NCBI RefSeq assembly: GCF_013122565.1
Contig: NZ_CP053258.1
Origin: Escherichia coli
GTDB taxonomy: Bacteria > Pseudomonadota > Gammaproteobacteria > Enterobacterales > Enterobacteriaceae
Length of the DNA: 64,000 nucleotides
Reading direction: 5' to 3' (one strand)
Both the position numbers and the translations under genes were made by a program. This document shows, piece after piece, positions 1 to 11,358 of this stretch. Under the pieces are notes generated by a model, which worked only from the letters and a program-made list of their open reading frames with translations, was not told where the DNA came from and did not search any database. Positions within the stretch are counted from its first letter, which is position 1. Each line of letters begins with the position of its first letter.

Positions 1-558
1 TAATATATCCGGATTAATCGCTAACGCGCGGGCTAATCCCACACGTTGACGCATCCCGCCAGAGAGTTCATCCGGGTAGCTGTGGGCATAATTTTCCAGC
101 CCGACCTGACGCAGTGCATCAATGGCTTTTTCCCGGCGTTCTTCGGCATTAATTCCGGCCAATTCCATACCGAACGCAGTATTGTCCAGCACGGTCATAT
201 GCGGCATTAAGGCAAAGGACTGGAAGACCATCGCAATCTTTTTTCTGCGCACCTCACGGAGTTCGGCGTCGGATATTTTGGCAATATCCACACCATCAAT
301 CAGTACTTGCCCGCGGGTGGGTTCAATCAGGCGATTGAGAAGGCGTACCATTGTGGATTTACCCGAGCCGGATAATCCCATGATGACAAATATCTCGCCT
401 TCTTCAATGGCCAGACTGGCGTCTTTTACGCCAAGCGATAGCCCAGTTTTTTCCAGAATTTGTTCTTTTGAAAGTCCTTGTTCGATATATTTGAACGCTC
501 GCTGTGGATGCTCACCAAATATTTTATAAAGATTTTTAATTTCTAATTTAATTGCCAT
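1..558 (-). CDS. proV: Glycine betaine/proline ABC transporter ATP-binding subunit ProV, N-terminal ~186 codons; gene continues beyond window start
   Basis: Reverse translation from ATG at 556-558 gives [69 protein letters not shown] (Walker A) ... [12 protein letters not shown]; runs off the 5' edge. The 122..529 + ORF in the track is the antisense frame. Confidence 0.9.
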   Translation of the reverse strand, partial: MAIKLEIKNLYKIFGEHPQRAFKYIEQGLSKEQILEKTGLSLGVKDASLAIEEGEIFVIMGLSGSGKSTMVRLLNRLIEPTRGQVLIDGVDIAKISDAELREVRRKKIAMVFQSFALMPHMTVLDNTAFGMELAGINAEERREKAIDALRQVGLENYAHSYPDELSGGMRQRVGLARALAINPDIL

Positions 559-913
559 GCAATAGAAAGATTCCTGTTATTTGTTTATGTCGATATATTA
601 CCCAATGGAAATAGTCACTTTTTTCTACCCTAACATACTGAGAATCTGAGGCAACCCCTGATGGCAAATGTGGCATGAATATTGATGCGAGCAAATCGCC
701 GGAATTTCCCGTGATATAAGGGCTGAGAGCAAATCGAGAAAAGTTGATATTTTTTGTCAAAGATAGCGAAAAAACGCCTGAATATTGTGGTTTCAGGCGA
801 ATAATGCAACAGAGTATCAGTGTAGATCACCACAAAATATTTGCGTGATAAAAAGCTATTTGGCGTGAATTATTTCCCTGTCGCGGGTAGTGATATTTTT
901 GAAAATAACACCC

Positions 914-1882
<969 letters not shown>

Positions 1883-4027
1883 TTAAAGTGCGCAGGAGAC
1901 GCAGCCTTCAATTTCAGTGCCTTCCAGCGCCATCTGACGCAGGCGGATGTAGTAGAGCGTTTTGATACCCTTGCGCCAGGCGTAAATCTGCGCTTTGTTG
2001 ATATCGCGAGTGGTGGCGGTATCGGGGAAAAACAGCGTCAGCGACAGCCCCTGATCGACATGGCGAGTCGCTTCCGCGTAGGTGTCGATGATCTTTTCTG
2101 CGCCGATTTCGTAAGCATCCTGATATAGCGCCAGATTCTCGTTAGTCATAAACGGGGCAGGGTAGTAAACGCGTCCTGTTTTGCCCTCTTTGCGTATCTC
2201 TACTTTCGCCACAATCGGATGAATACTCGACGTAGCATGGTTGATATAAGAGATAGAACCGGTTGGCGGCACCGCCTGAAGATTCTGGTTGTAAATGCCG
2301 TAGCGCATCACGTCGTCGCGCAGCTGCGCCCACATCTCACGGGTAGGTAACGTAATACCGCTACGGGTAAACAGTTCGCCAACTTTCGCCGTTTTCGGCT
2401 GCCAGTTCCCTTGCAGATATTGGCTAAAATATTCACCACTGGCATAGCGTGACTGTTTGTACCCGGCGAAGGTTTCACCGCGTTCGCGTGCCAGCAACAT
2501 CGAGGTACGCAGTGCGTGCCAGGTGATGGCATAGAAATAGAGATTGGTGAAATCCAGTGCTTCCGGCGAACCATAAGCGATGCCTTCTCGCGCCAGATAG
2601 CCGTGTAAATTCATCTGCCCCAGTCCGATGGCGTGCGAGGCGGCATTTCCGGCTTCGATGGACGGCACGCTGCGAATATGACTCATATCTGATACTGCCG
2701 TTAAACCGCGCACGGCAGTCTCTACCGTGCGGGCAAAGTCGGGGGAATCCATGGTGTGGGCAATATTCAACGAACCTAAATTGCAGGAAATATCATGGCC
2801 TGTACGGGCATAGTCGAGATTCTCGTCATACTCTGAGGCACAGTTGACCTGCAAAATCTCTGAGCAAAGATTGCTCATATTTATGCGCCCGGCGATAGGG
2901 TTAGCACGGTTTACCGTGTCTTCATACATGATGTACGGATAGCCGGACTCAAACTGGATTTCTGCCAGCCGCTGGAAGAAATCACGGGCGTTGAGGTATT
3001 TTTTGCGGATGCGTTCATCGGCAACCAGTTCGTCATAGTGTTCGCTAATGGCGATATCGGCAAACGGCTTGCCATAAACTCGCTCAACGTCATAGGGCGA
3101 AAACAGCGCCATCTGCGCATTCTCTTTTGCCAGATGGAAAGTGATATCCGGGATCACCACCCCCAGCGACAGTGTTTTAATGCGGATTTTTTCGTCGGCA
3201 TTTTCCCGCTTTGTATCGAGAAAACGCAGAATATCGGGATGATGAGCATGTAAATAGACTGCCCCAGCCCCCTGACGCGCGCCGAGCTGGTTGGCATAGG
3301 AAAATGCGTCTTCCAGCATTTTCATCACCGGAATCACGCCAGAAGATTGATTTTCAATACGTTTAATTGGCGCGCCCGCTTCTCGCAGATTCGACAGCAA
3401 AAATGCTACGCCGCCGCCGCGTTTCGACAGTTGCAGTGCGGAATTTACCGCCCGGCCAATCGACTCCATATTGTCTTCAATACGCAGCAGAAAACAGGAA
3501 ACCAGTTCGCCGCGCTGCTGCTTACCGCAGTTGAGGAATGTCGGCGTGGCTGGCTGAAAGCGTCCAGACAGCATCTCATCAGTTAGCTGGGTCGCCAGTG
3601 TTTCATCGCCTTGTGCCAGCGTCAGCGCCACCATCGTGACTCGATCGGCAAAATCTTCCAGATAACGCTTACCGTCGAATGTTTTCAGCGTATAGCTGGT
3701 GTAAAACTTCCATGCCCCGAGGAATGTCTGGAAACGAAAACCGCTGGCGTGCGCGTGGGCAAACAGCGTAATGACAAAATCGCGAGAGTAGCGGTTGAGG
3801 ACGTTTTCATCATAGTAACCTTCGTTGACCAGCCAGTTCAGGCGCTGCTGCTGGCTACTGAAGGTCACACTGTTCGGACGCACATGTGTCGTCATAAAGG
3901 CGTCTACTGCCTGGCGGTCTTTATCGAACTGAATGCGACCTGCGCTATCGTAAAGATTAAGCATCGCATTCAGAGCGTGATAATCCATCGTTTCCTGCGT
4001 CAGGCGTTCTGCGGTTGTCGTTGCCAA
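1883..4027 (-). CDS. nrdE: Class Ib ribonucleotide reductase alpha subunit
   Basis: 714-aa ORF; ends with C-terminal redox cysteine pair (…EGCVSCAL); operon context nrdHIEF. Confidence 0.95.
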
Positions 4028-4410
4028 AATTCGGTTACTCCTTTACGAACGTTTTCGATATCGCTTTGCGTACCCATGAGTTCAAAGCGGTACAGCCACG
4101 GCACGCCGCATTTCCGGGCAATCACATCTCCGGCGCGGCCATACGCCTCACCAAAGTTGCGATTACCCGAAGCAATAACGCCGCGCAGCAACGCCCGGTT
4201 ATGCTCGTCGTTTAAAAAGCGAATTACCTGTCGTGGCACCGCGCCAGCTGTACCGCCGCCGCCGTAAGAGGGCACGATCAGGATGTAAGGCTCGTCTACC
4301 TGAATCCGTTCCCGCTCATTGAGCGGGATGCGCACCGCGGGCAGCCCTAAACGTTCGATAAAACGCTGCGTATTTTCGGAGCTGCTGGAGAAGTAGACGA
4401 GCTGGCTCAT
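4000..4410 (-). CDS. nrdI: Flavodoxin-like NrdI
   Basis: 136-aa ORF between nrdH and nrdE; overlaps nrdE start by 28 nt. Confidence 0.92.
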
Positions 4411-4652
4411 GCACTGGCCGCGTGTGGCGCTGGATGCAGACGGTTAATCATGTCCGGACGGAAACCAGACCAGCTAAGATCGCCAGCAATCACTACCGGC
4501 AACTGACGAAAGCCCTGAGCACGCAGCGCTTCTGCCGCTTCAGGTACGCGATCGACATTAATCATTTCAAAATCAAAGCCCCGGTTTTCCATCGCCCGTT
4601 TGGTGGCGTGGCACTGAACGCAATCGTTACGAGTGTAAATAGTAATGCGCAT
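4407..4652 (-). CDS. nrdH: Glutaredoxin-like protein NrdH
   Basis: 81-aa ORF with CVQC redox motif ([21 protein letters not shown]…); 4-nt overlap with nrdI start. Confidence 0.93.
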
Positions 4653-4756
4653 GATTCGTATTTCCGTTTAAAATGAAGATACGGCGCGATGATACGCGTC
4701 GGGTTGTCTCTCTGTTGATACAGAGATACTAGATGTAGTTGAAAAAAGATTCAACC

Positions 4757-4772
4757 ACACAATATATAGCAA
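4757..4772. promoter_or_regulatory. Candidate NrdR box in nrdHIEF promoter region
   Basis: Sequence acacaatatatagcaa matches 13 of 16 positions of the NrdR-box consensus as I recall it (acaCwAtATaTwGtgt); lies upstream of nrdH. Confidence 0.35.
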
Positions 4773-4899
4773 ATAGTGGTCGAAATTACCCTGAGTATGA
4801 GCGTGACGGGGTAGGGGGATTTTTGTGATTCAGCAGACAAAAAGAAACCCCGAAGCCAGGCTTCGGGGTCAAAGACGCGTATTTATTATCATTGTTGCA

Positions 4900-5229
4900 C
4901 TACGATTTGCGCATGCTTAACAGTGCGCCGATAAAAATACCTACCGCAGCTGCTGTACCCACGCTACACCAGGGTCTTTCACGAACAAAAGAATCCGCGC
5001 AGCCAACGGCATCGCGCGCGGCTTGCTGGACGCGAGTACGACCATGCATTCGCGCCCTGGTTTCTTTCAGTAGAGCCTGCGCTTTACTACGAGCGGCTTC
5101 AGCTTCCCCTTTGGCGTCGCTGCCCCAGGACTTCAACACAGACTCGAGGCTGTCAGCTAATTGATTGACATCATTCTGGATATCCTGCACGCCATCATCA
5201 ACGTCGTTGCGGTTCGGTCGGTTAAACAT
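4900..5229 (-). CDS. ygaM: ElaB/YqjD/YgaM family membrane-anchored stress protein
   Basis: ORF track gives 113 aa from 5241; K-12-like start is the internal Met (MFNRPNRNDVDD…), giving 109 aa. C-terminal hydrophobic anchor (AAAVGIFIGALL). Confidence 0.8.
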   Translation of the reverse strand: MFNRPNRNDVDDGVQDIQNDVNQLADSLESVLKSWGSDAKGEAEAARSKAQALLKETRARMHGRTRVQQAARDAVGCADSFVRERPWCSVGTAAAVGIFIGALLSMRKS

Positions 5230-5380
5230 ATGATCCCCCATTAGAATTCGATGTAATTTTCAGTGTAGACCATAATTTTCTTAACTGACGTTCATCGCGG
5301 CTTTATGGACTTTTCTGAAAGCGTTGTGAATGCGCAATCAGGTAAGGTAGGCCCGCGGTTGATAATAACGAGGATCAAAT

Positions 5381-5725
5381 ATGTATTTACGACCAGACGA
5401 GGTGGCGCGCGTACTTGAAAAAGTCGGTTTTACTGTCGATGTGGTAACCCAGAAAGCTTATGGTTACCGCCGTGGGGAAAATTATGTCTATGTTAATCGC
5501 GAAGCGCGAATGGGACGTACCGCCCTGGTGATTCATCCAACATTAAAAGAACGTAGTTCAACACTGGCTGAACCCGCTTCCGATATTAAAACTTGCGATC
5601 ATTATCAACAATTTCCGCTCTATTTAGCGGGTGAACGTCATGAGCATTACGGTATCCCGCATGGCTTTAGTTCGCGTGTTGCGCTTGAACGTTATTTGAA
5701 TGGTTTATTTGGCGAAGCCAGTTAA
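5381..5725 (+). CDS. ygaC: Uncharacterized protein YgaC (DUF2002)
   Basis: 114-aa ORF, synteny between ygaM and alaE. Confidence 0.8.
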
Positions 5726-5761
5726 AGACGCGACTGGCGATGCCAGTCGCGAAAAGAAGAG

Positions 5762-6211
5762 TCAGGCTTTTACCTGCTGGTAACGGCTGACTTTAAACAG
5801 TCGGCGGCAATAATCGAGGAAGTAGCCATAAACCGCCCCCATCAACATCGAAACAACGATGTTTGAACTGACCGCCGCCATAATCTGATGCCAGTCTGCG
5901 CCCACCACTAACAAGATCGCCACATACACCGGTGACTGGAACGTCACATAAGCCATGATATCCGCCAGATTTTTTATCCAGCCCGACGGGCTAACTTTGC
6001 GTGCTGCGCGCATAAACAGATCGCGGTACATACCGTATGGCCATGCAATTAAGATGTTCACCGGAATCGCTACCAATCTGGAATAAAAAGACTGTTCGAA
6101 GCTCATTCCGGAGAGGAAAACTTCAATACACATGTTCACGACAGAACAGTAAACAACCATCGCGAACGTATCTGCAACTGCATGACGCAAGCGTGACTGC
6201 GGTGAGAACAT
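5762..6211 (-). CDS. alaE: L-alanine exporter AlaE (YgaW)
   Basis: 149-aa hydrophobic ORF, synteny next to stpA. Confidence 0.82.
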   Translation of the reverse strand: MFSPQSRLRHAVADTFAMVVYCSVVNMCIEVFLSGMSFEQSFYSRLVAIPVNILIAWPYGMYRDLFMRAARKVSPSGWIKNLADIMAYVTFQSPVYVAILLVVGADWHQIMAAVSSNIVVSMLMGAVYGYFLDYCRRLFKVSRYQQVKA

Positions 6212-6878
6212 GCTAATGCTCCTTAATAAAAGCGTAATGGAATGTTAATGGAGATGAAAGCAGTGGATCTCATTGCCATCTGCATTTTCGCATAGCGTAT
6301 ATCGCTGGCTATGACTAATCAATTAGTGAAAAATTTTTATTTAAACTGTTTTTGTAGATAAAATATTCCGTAACGGCGCGTTTTTTGTACATTGTGGATT
6401 TTTACATGCCGATATGGTTTATTTTCAATTGAATCAATTAGATATGACCTTGCCTTTAATTACACTAATGAAAGTTTGGGGGTGAGGTAACGCTATAAGC
6501 GTAGAGAATTCGGTGTATGTCGTGACCGGGTCATTTTCAGCATTTTTTATGCCAGAAAATGTACATTGACAGCAGAAAGCACCAGTGAGGGGTGTTTCCA
6601 TTTATTCGGTTAAATTGCATTTTTATTCATTTTTGTTTTGTCAGGCTTGCGGAATTAGCGAGCAGAGAGCGCCGCTCTGCTCACAAATAACCTAAATTAC
6701 TCATCAAAATGGCTAATATATAATCTTGAAATTATTCTGAGAGTTTAAGAAAATAACAGCTGAAATAATCTCGCGCAGGACTGTAAATAGATTAAATTTT
6801 GTGGAAATATAATAAGTGATCGCTTACACTACGCGACGAAATACTTTTTTGTTTTGGCGTTAAAAGGTTTTCTTTATT

Positions 6879-7283
6879 ATGTCCGTAATGTTACAAAGTT
6901 TAAATAACATTCGCACCCTCCGTGCGATGGCTCGCGAATTCTCCATTGACGTTCTTGAAGAAATGCTCGAAAAATTCAGGGTTGTCACTAAAGAAAGACG
7001 TGAAGAAGAAGAACAGCAGCAGCGTGAACTGGCAGAGCGCCAGGAAAAAATTAGCACCTGGCTGGAGCTGATGAAAGCTGACGGAATTAACCCGGAAGAG
7101 TTATTGGGTAATAGCTCTGCGGCTGCCCCACGCGCTGGTAAAAAACGCCAGCCGCGTCCGGCGAAATATAAATTCACCGATGTTAATGGTGAAACTAAAA
7201 CCTGGACCGGTCAGGGCCGTACACCGAAGCCAATCGCTCAGGCGCTGGCAGAAGGTAAATCTCTCGACGATTTCCTGATCTAA
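6879..7283 (+). CDS. stpA: H-NS paralogue / RNA chaperone StpA
   Basis: 134-aa [36 protein letters not shown]…[16 protein letters not shown]; H-NS family DNA-binding motif TWTGQGRTP. Confidence 0.95.
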   Translation: MSVMLQSLNNIRTLRAMAREFSIDVLEEMLEKFRVVTKERREEEEQQQRELAERQEKISTWLELMKADGINPEELLGNSSAAAPRAGKKRQPRPAKYKFTDVNGETKTWTGQGRTPKPIAQALAEGKSLDDFLI

Positions 7284-7329
7284 TTACTGAGGCCGGATGT
7301 CGCTGCTATGGCGCGTCCGGCATCGCTTC

Positions 7330-7854
7330 TCAAGCTCGTTGGTTCCACGGCATCTTATCTAACAACCTTGCCATCCCACAAAAACCGCTAATTCCTGCAA
7401 ACAGTAACCCGGCACCAACAAAGCCGCTTAATAAGAAGAAACCGCTATTTACGGTATAACCCAGTATAACGCCGATTAATATTAAACCACCCGCAGCGAT
7501 CTGCACCTGGCGCATTAACGGCAAGGGTTGAGATTTATTTACCGCTACTGGCAATCCTGCTTTTTTCCAGCCATCAATCCCATCTTCGAGTAAAAAGATT
7601 TCTGCGGGGGCGGCAATCACTGCTAATTTATCGGCGTTATTACTGGTGCGTTTACCTGCCTGGCAGTGGAATATAATTTGCTCGCGACGTAATTTAGCCG
7701 GGAGACCTGACTGTTCCAGCACGGATAATGGAGCCAGATCTGCTTCAGGAATATGTTCACGAAGATATTCATCAGCGTCACGAATATCGATTAACTTTGC
7801 ACCGCGTGCGATTAATTTTTGTGCATCATGCGGCGAAATGGTTGTCAAAGCCAT
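7330..7854 (-). CDS. ygaP: Membrane-anchored rhodanese (thiosulfate sulfurtransferase) YgaP
   Basis: 174-aa ORF; rhodanese active-site region (…[11 protein letters not shown]…) plus C-terminal transmembrane segments. Confidence 0.85.
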   Translation of the reverse strand: MALTTISPHDAQKLIARGAKLIDIRDADEYLREHIPEADLAPLSVLEQSGLPAKLRREQIIFHCQAGKRTSNNADKLAVIAAPAEIFLLEDGIDGWKKAGLPVAVNKSQPLPLMRQVQIAAGGLILIGVILGYTVNSGFFLLSGFVGAGLLFAGISGFCGMARLLDKMPWNQRA

Positions 7855-7863
7855 AGTGACTCC

Positions 7864-8163
7864 TTACGGACAATAGACATTTTTCAGGGTGGCGATAATG
7901 GCATTTACCGCCTCATTTTTAATGGAATATAGAATGCGTTGGGCATCCCGTTGGCTGTCGATAAGCCCTTCGTCCCGCATACGAGCGAGATGCTGTGATG
8001 TCGCAGAGGCACTCAGTCCGGTAATGCGCGTCAGCTCTCCCGCGCTGGTGCCGGGGGAACCGCTGAGCATGCACAGAATCAGCAACCGTTTAGGGTGGCT
8101 CATTGCTTTCAATAAGGCCGCTGCCTGTTCGGCACTGGCCTGTAATTGCGCGAGTTCAGTCAT
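7864..8163 (-). CDS. ygaV: ArsR/SmtB-family transcriptional regulator YgaV
   Basis: 99-aa ORF with winged-HTH region (…SAGELTRITGLSASATSQHLARMRDEGLI…), immediately upstream of ygaP (operon ygaVP). Confidence 0.85.
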   Translation of the reverse strand: MTELAQLQASAEQAAALLKAMSHPKRLLILCMLSGSPGTSAGELTRITGLSASATSQHLARMRDEGLIDSQRDAQRILYSIKNEAVNAIIATLKNVYCP

Positions 8164-8345
8164 ATTTATTTAAGTATTTTCTAAATTAAGTAAACTCTAA
8201 ACTAAAAATGCAACGTTTACCAGCCTCAGCAGCGTAAATGAGAGTAAAAGCGTAAGCTGAAACTGGCAGGCTCCGCTAAAATTACTACGCTTAAGAGATA
8301 AAATCTCTTTTTAAACAATGAGTAATTTTCTTATAGGGAGTACAT

Positions 8346-8504
8346 ATGGGTTTCTGGAGAATCGTCATCACCATCATTCTGCCGCCGCTCGGCGTGCTGC
8401 TCGGTAAAGGGTTCGGTTGGGCGTTCATTATTAATATTCTGCTGACACTGCTTGGGTATATCCCCGGTTTGATTCACGCGTTCTGGGTGCAAACCCGCGA
8501 TTAA
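8346..8504 (+). CDS. yqaE: Pmp3/UPF0057 family small membrane protein YqaE (52 aa)
   Basis: Hand translation atg ggt ttc tgg aga … gat taa gives MGFWRIVITIILPPLGVLLGKGFGWAFIINILLTLLGYIPGLIHAFWVQTRD. Below the 60-aa ORF-track cut-off; the overlapping minus-strand ORF 8331..8516 in the track is spurious. Confidence 0.8.
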   Translation: MGFWRIVITIILPPLGVLLGKGFGWAFIINILLTLLGYIPGLIHAFWVQTRD

Positions 8505-8587
8505 ACCTGTGTTCACCCCCGCGGCGTTAACGCGCCGCGTTCCTCTGCTACACTTTCTGAGTGTTTCCGTTAACGAATGAGGTAGCT

Positions 8588-9037
8588 ATGGGTCTGTTCA
8601 ATTTTGTGAAAGATGCCGGAGAAAAACTCTGGGACGCGGTTACAGGTCAGCACGATAAAGACGATCAGGCGAAGAAGGTGCAGGAGCATCTGAACAAAAC
8701 CGGTATACCTGATGCCGATAAAGTGAATATTCAAATTGCCGACGGCAAAGCGACGGTCACTGGTGATGGCCTGAGTCAGGAGGCGAAGGAGAAAATCCTT
8801 GTTGCGGTGGGGAATATTTCCGGTATTGCCAGTGTCGATGATCAGGTGAAAACGGCGACACCAGCCACTGCCAGCCAGTTTTATACCGTTAAGTCTGGCG
8901 ACACTCTGAGTGCCATTTCCAAACAGGTCTACGGTAACGCCAATCTGTACAATAAAATCTTCGAAGCGAATAAACCGATGTTAAAAAGCCCGGATAAAAT
9001 TTACCCGGGGCAAGTGTTGCGTATTCCTGAAGAGTAG
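8588..9037 (+). CDS. ygaU: BON/LysM domain potassium-binding protein YgaU (Kbp)
   Basis: 149-aa ORF starting [15 protein letters not shown]; C-terminal LysM-like region ([49 protein letters not shown]). Confidence 0.85.
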
Positions 9038-9700
9038 TTAAGTGCCAGCCATCGCCTGCTGGATAATGGGAATTGGCGTCAGTAAATGCTGGCGCATTAA
9101 CTCACTGGCGCGCGCGGTATCTCGCGCCAGTACCGCCGCAGTCAGGGTTTGGTGCTGATCGTGTTTATCCTCCAGCATTTCCACCGAAAGCACTGTTCGC
9201 CGCAGCCAGATAAATCGATAGCGCGCCGCCAGATCAAACAACCGTTCACGCATTTGCAGCAAATAGTGAGAACCACAGCCCGCCACAATTGCCGTATGAA
9301 ACGCCTGATGACGCAGATCCCACTCATCAAGCATTTTCTCACTGGCGTCACAGGCCTCAAGCTTACTGAGCAGATGCGCTTTTGCGAGAACGTCTGCCTC
9401 CCATTCATCGCCACCGCGGGCAATCGCCAGACTCACTAACATCGCTTCCATATTGGCGCGGGCGTCGAAAATATCGAGCAGCTCCTGCTCTGACATAGAC
9501 GCCACCCGATACCCTTTTTGATTCACCACCGTGACCAGCCGTTCCGCCACCAGTTGCGAAAGAGCTTCCCGTAACGGCCCAACGCCAAGTGCATAACGCG
9601 ATGTCAGCAAACTCATCCGTAATTTTTCATCCGGTTGAAAATTACCGCGAATAATATCGTTCTTCAGCCAGCGATAGCCATCCAGAGACGTAATGGTCAT
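9038..9700 (-). CDS. csiR: GntR-family repressor CsiR (GabC)
   Basis: GntR-type N-terminal HTH plus FCD domain; track ORF is 226 aa, probable start at the internal Met (MTITSLDGYRW…) giving 220 aa. Confidence 0.82.
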   Translation of the reverse strand: MTITSLDGYRWLKNDIIRGNFQPDEKLRMSLLTSRYALGVGPLREALSQLVAERLVTVVNQKGYRVASMSEQELLDIFDARANMEAMLVSLAIARGGDEWEADVLAKAHLLSKLEACDASEKMLDEWDLRHQAFHTAIVAGCGSHYLLQMRERLFDLAARYRFIWLRRTVLSVEMLEDKHDQHQTLTAAVLARDTARASELMRQHLLTPIPIIQQAMAGT

Positions 9701-9720
9701 GGTGTGACTCCTGATCATTA

Positions 9721-11121
9721 TCAGCGCGTATTATGAACGGGTGTTTTTTGCCACAATACCAGCTTTTTCCAGCGCGCCATAATCGGCACGGTACAGATGA
9801 TCCCTATCGCTAATAAGCCGGTAGAAATGACCTCGAGTTGCTGCGCCGGGCGGAATAACATCACCACCAACACAAAGGTAATAAAGCCAATCACCAGCCA
9901 GGTGAGCCACGGATATAGCCACATGCGCAGGCGAATTTCTCCGCCCTCCGCCAGCAGGATTTTACGCATCCGCAACTGTGAAACGGCGATGACTAAATAA
10001 ACCAGCAGGGCGATAGCGCCGGAGCTGTCGATCAGGAATTTAAACACTTTCGCAGGCGCGTAATAATTCACCACCACCGTTAAAAATGCCGCTCCGGTGG
10101 AGAGTAACACCGCCACGTACGGGGTTTTACTGCGGTTGATTTTACCCATTACTGCGGGCGCATCACCGCGACGGCTTAAGGAGTAGAGCATCCTGGAAGC
10201 GGTATACAGCGCCGAGTTCAGGCAACTGGTTACGGAAAGTAATATCACGCAGTCCATGATTAATTTCGCATGGGGAATATTGAGCAATTCCAGAACCGAG
10301 CGATAAGAACCAACGGCTTTCAGCCCCGGCATATTCCACGGTATTAATGCCACGACGACAAAAATAGAGCACAAATAGAAGATAGAAATACGCCAGATAA
10401 CCGAGTTGGTGGCGCGGACAATATGTTTTTCCGGCGTGTCGGATTCCGCGGCGGCAATGGTGACAATTTCTGCGCCCATAAACGAGAACATGGTGATCAA
10501 CATCGCGCTTAATACCGCACCGAAACCGTTGGGCATAAAGCCGCCGCTATCCCACAATCTTGAGATCCCGCTCACTTCGGCATAAGGGTAAAAACCGCTA
10601 ATTGCGACTGCACCAAGGAAAATAAAGGCCAGGATAGCGATGACTTTGCACAGCGCCAGCCAGAACTCAAATTCGCCGTAGTTTTTAACGCTTAATAAAT
10701 TACTGCCAGTTAAGGCGAGGGTAATGACGAGGGAAAATAACCAGATGGGAATGCCTGGAACCCACGAGTGCAGGATCATAGCGGCGATGTTGGCTTCCAG
10801 GGGGATAACCAGTACCCAAAACCACCAGTACAGCCAGCCGATGGTATAGCCCGCCCAGCGGCCAATGGCTTTATCGGCATAGGTGGAAAACGAACCGGTA
10901 TCGGGCGTGGCAACCGCCATTTCCGCCAACATCCGCATAATCATAACCACCAGTAATCCGGCGAACAGATAGGCCAGTAATACCGCCGGGCCCGCTTCGG
11001 CGATGGCGACGCTGGAACCGACAAACAGACTTGCGCCGATAACACCGGCAATAGACAACATGGTGACGTGGCGTGACTTCAGCCCGCCGCCTAACTCATG
11101 TGGTTGCGATGATTGCCCCAT
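9721..11121 (-). CDS. gabP: GABA permease (APC family)
   Basis: Polytopic amino-acid permease; start set at internal Met (MGQSSQPHELGGGLKSRHVTMLS…) giving 466 aa; downstream of gabDT. Confidence 0.88.
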   Translation of the reverse strand: MGQSSQPHELGGGLKSRHVTMLSIAGVIGASLFVGSSVAIAEAGPAVLLAYLFAGLLVVMIMRMLAEMAVATPDTGSFSTYADKAIGRWAGYTIGWLYWWFWVLVIPLEANIAAMILHSWVPGIPIWLFSLVITLALTGSNLLSVKNYGEFEFWLALCKVIAILAFIFLGAVAISGFYPYAEVSGISRLWDSGGFMPNGFGAVLSAMLITMFSFMGAEIVTIAAAESDTPEKHIVRATNSVIWRISIFYLCSIFVVVALIPWNMPGLKAVGSYRSVLELLNIPHAKLIMDCVILLSVTSCLNSALYTASRMLYSLSRRGDAPAVMGKINRSKTPYVAVLLSTGAAFLTVVVNYYAPAKVFKFLIDSSGAIALLVYLVIAVSQLRMRKILLAEGGEIRLRMWLYPWLTWLVIGFITFVLVVMLFRPAQQLEVISTGLLAIGIICTVPIMARWKKLVLWQKTPVHNTR

Positions 11122-11214
11122 CCTGAATCCTCTCGAAAGTGTGTCACTTGGGAGAGCGCCCCGACATTTCCCGCGTCGGGTCACGCGTTTAATTGTTATT
11201 GATTCTTTTTGCCG

Positions 11215-11345
11215 GAGAGCGGCTCCGCCTTATCCGGCCGACATAGATTTATTCCTGTTCACGTACAGATTGTCGGATGCGGCGTAAACGCCTTATCCGA
11301 CCTGGATCACCGTAGGCCGGACAAGACGCGCAGCGTCGCCTCCGT
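11215..11345. repeat. REP/BIME cluster in gabT-gabP intergenic region
   Basis: Several imperfect palindromic units of the gccggatgcggcgtaaacgccttatccg type (e.g. tgtcggatgcggcgtaaacgccttatccgacc and gtaggccggacaagacgcgcagcgtcgcc). Confidence 0.6.
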
Positions 11346-11358
11346 CATGGGAGCGGTG

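Noticed and set aside
122-529. 135-aa plus-strand ORF at window start
   Set aside because: Antisense to the clearly recognisable proV N-terminus (Walker [16 protein letters not shown] on the minus strand).
4885-4903. Fur-box-like AT-rich motif near the ygaM stop
   Set aside because: Weak match to GATAATGATAATCATTATC and more than 230 bp from the nrdH start; mentioned only as a hypothesis in a finding.
8331-8516. 61-aa minus-strand ORF
   Set aside because: Overlaps and is antisense to the real yqaE gene (52 aa, plus strand), which has a clean Pmp3-family translation.
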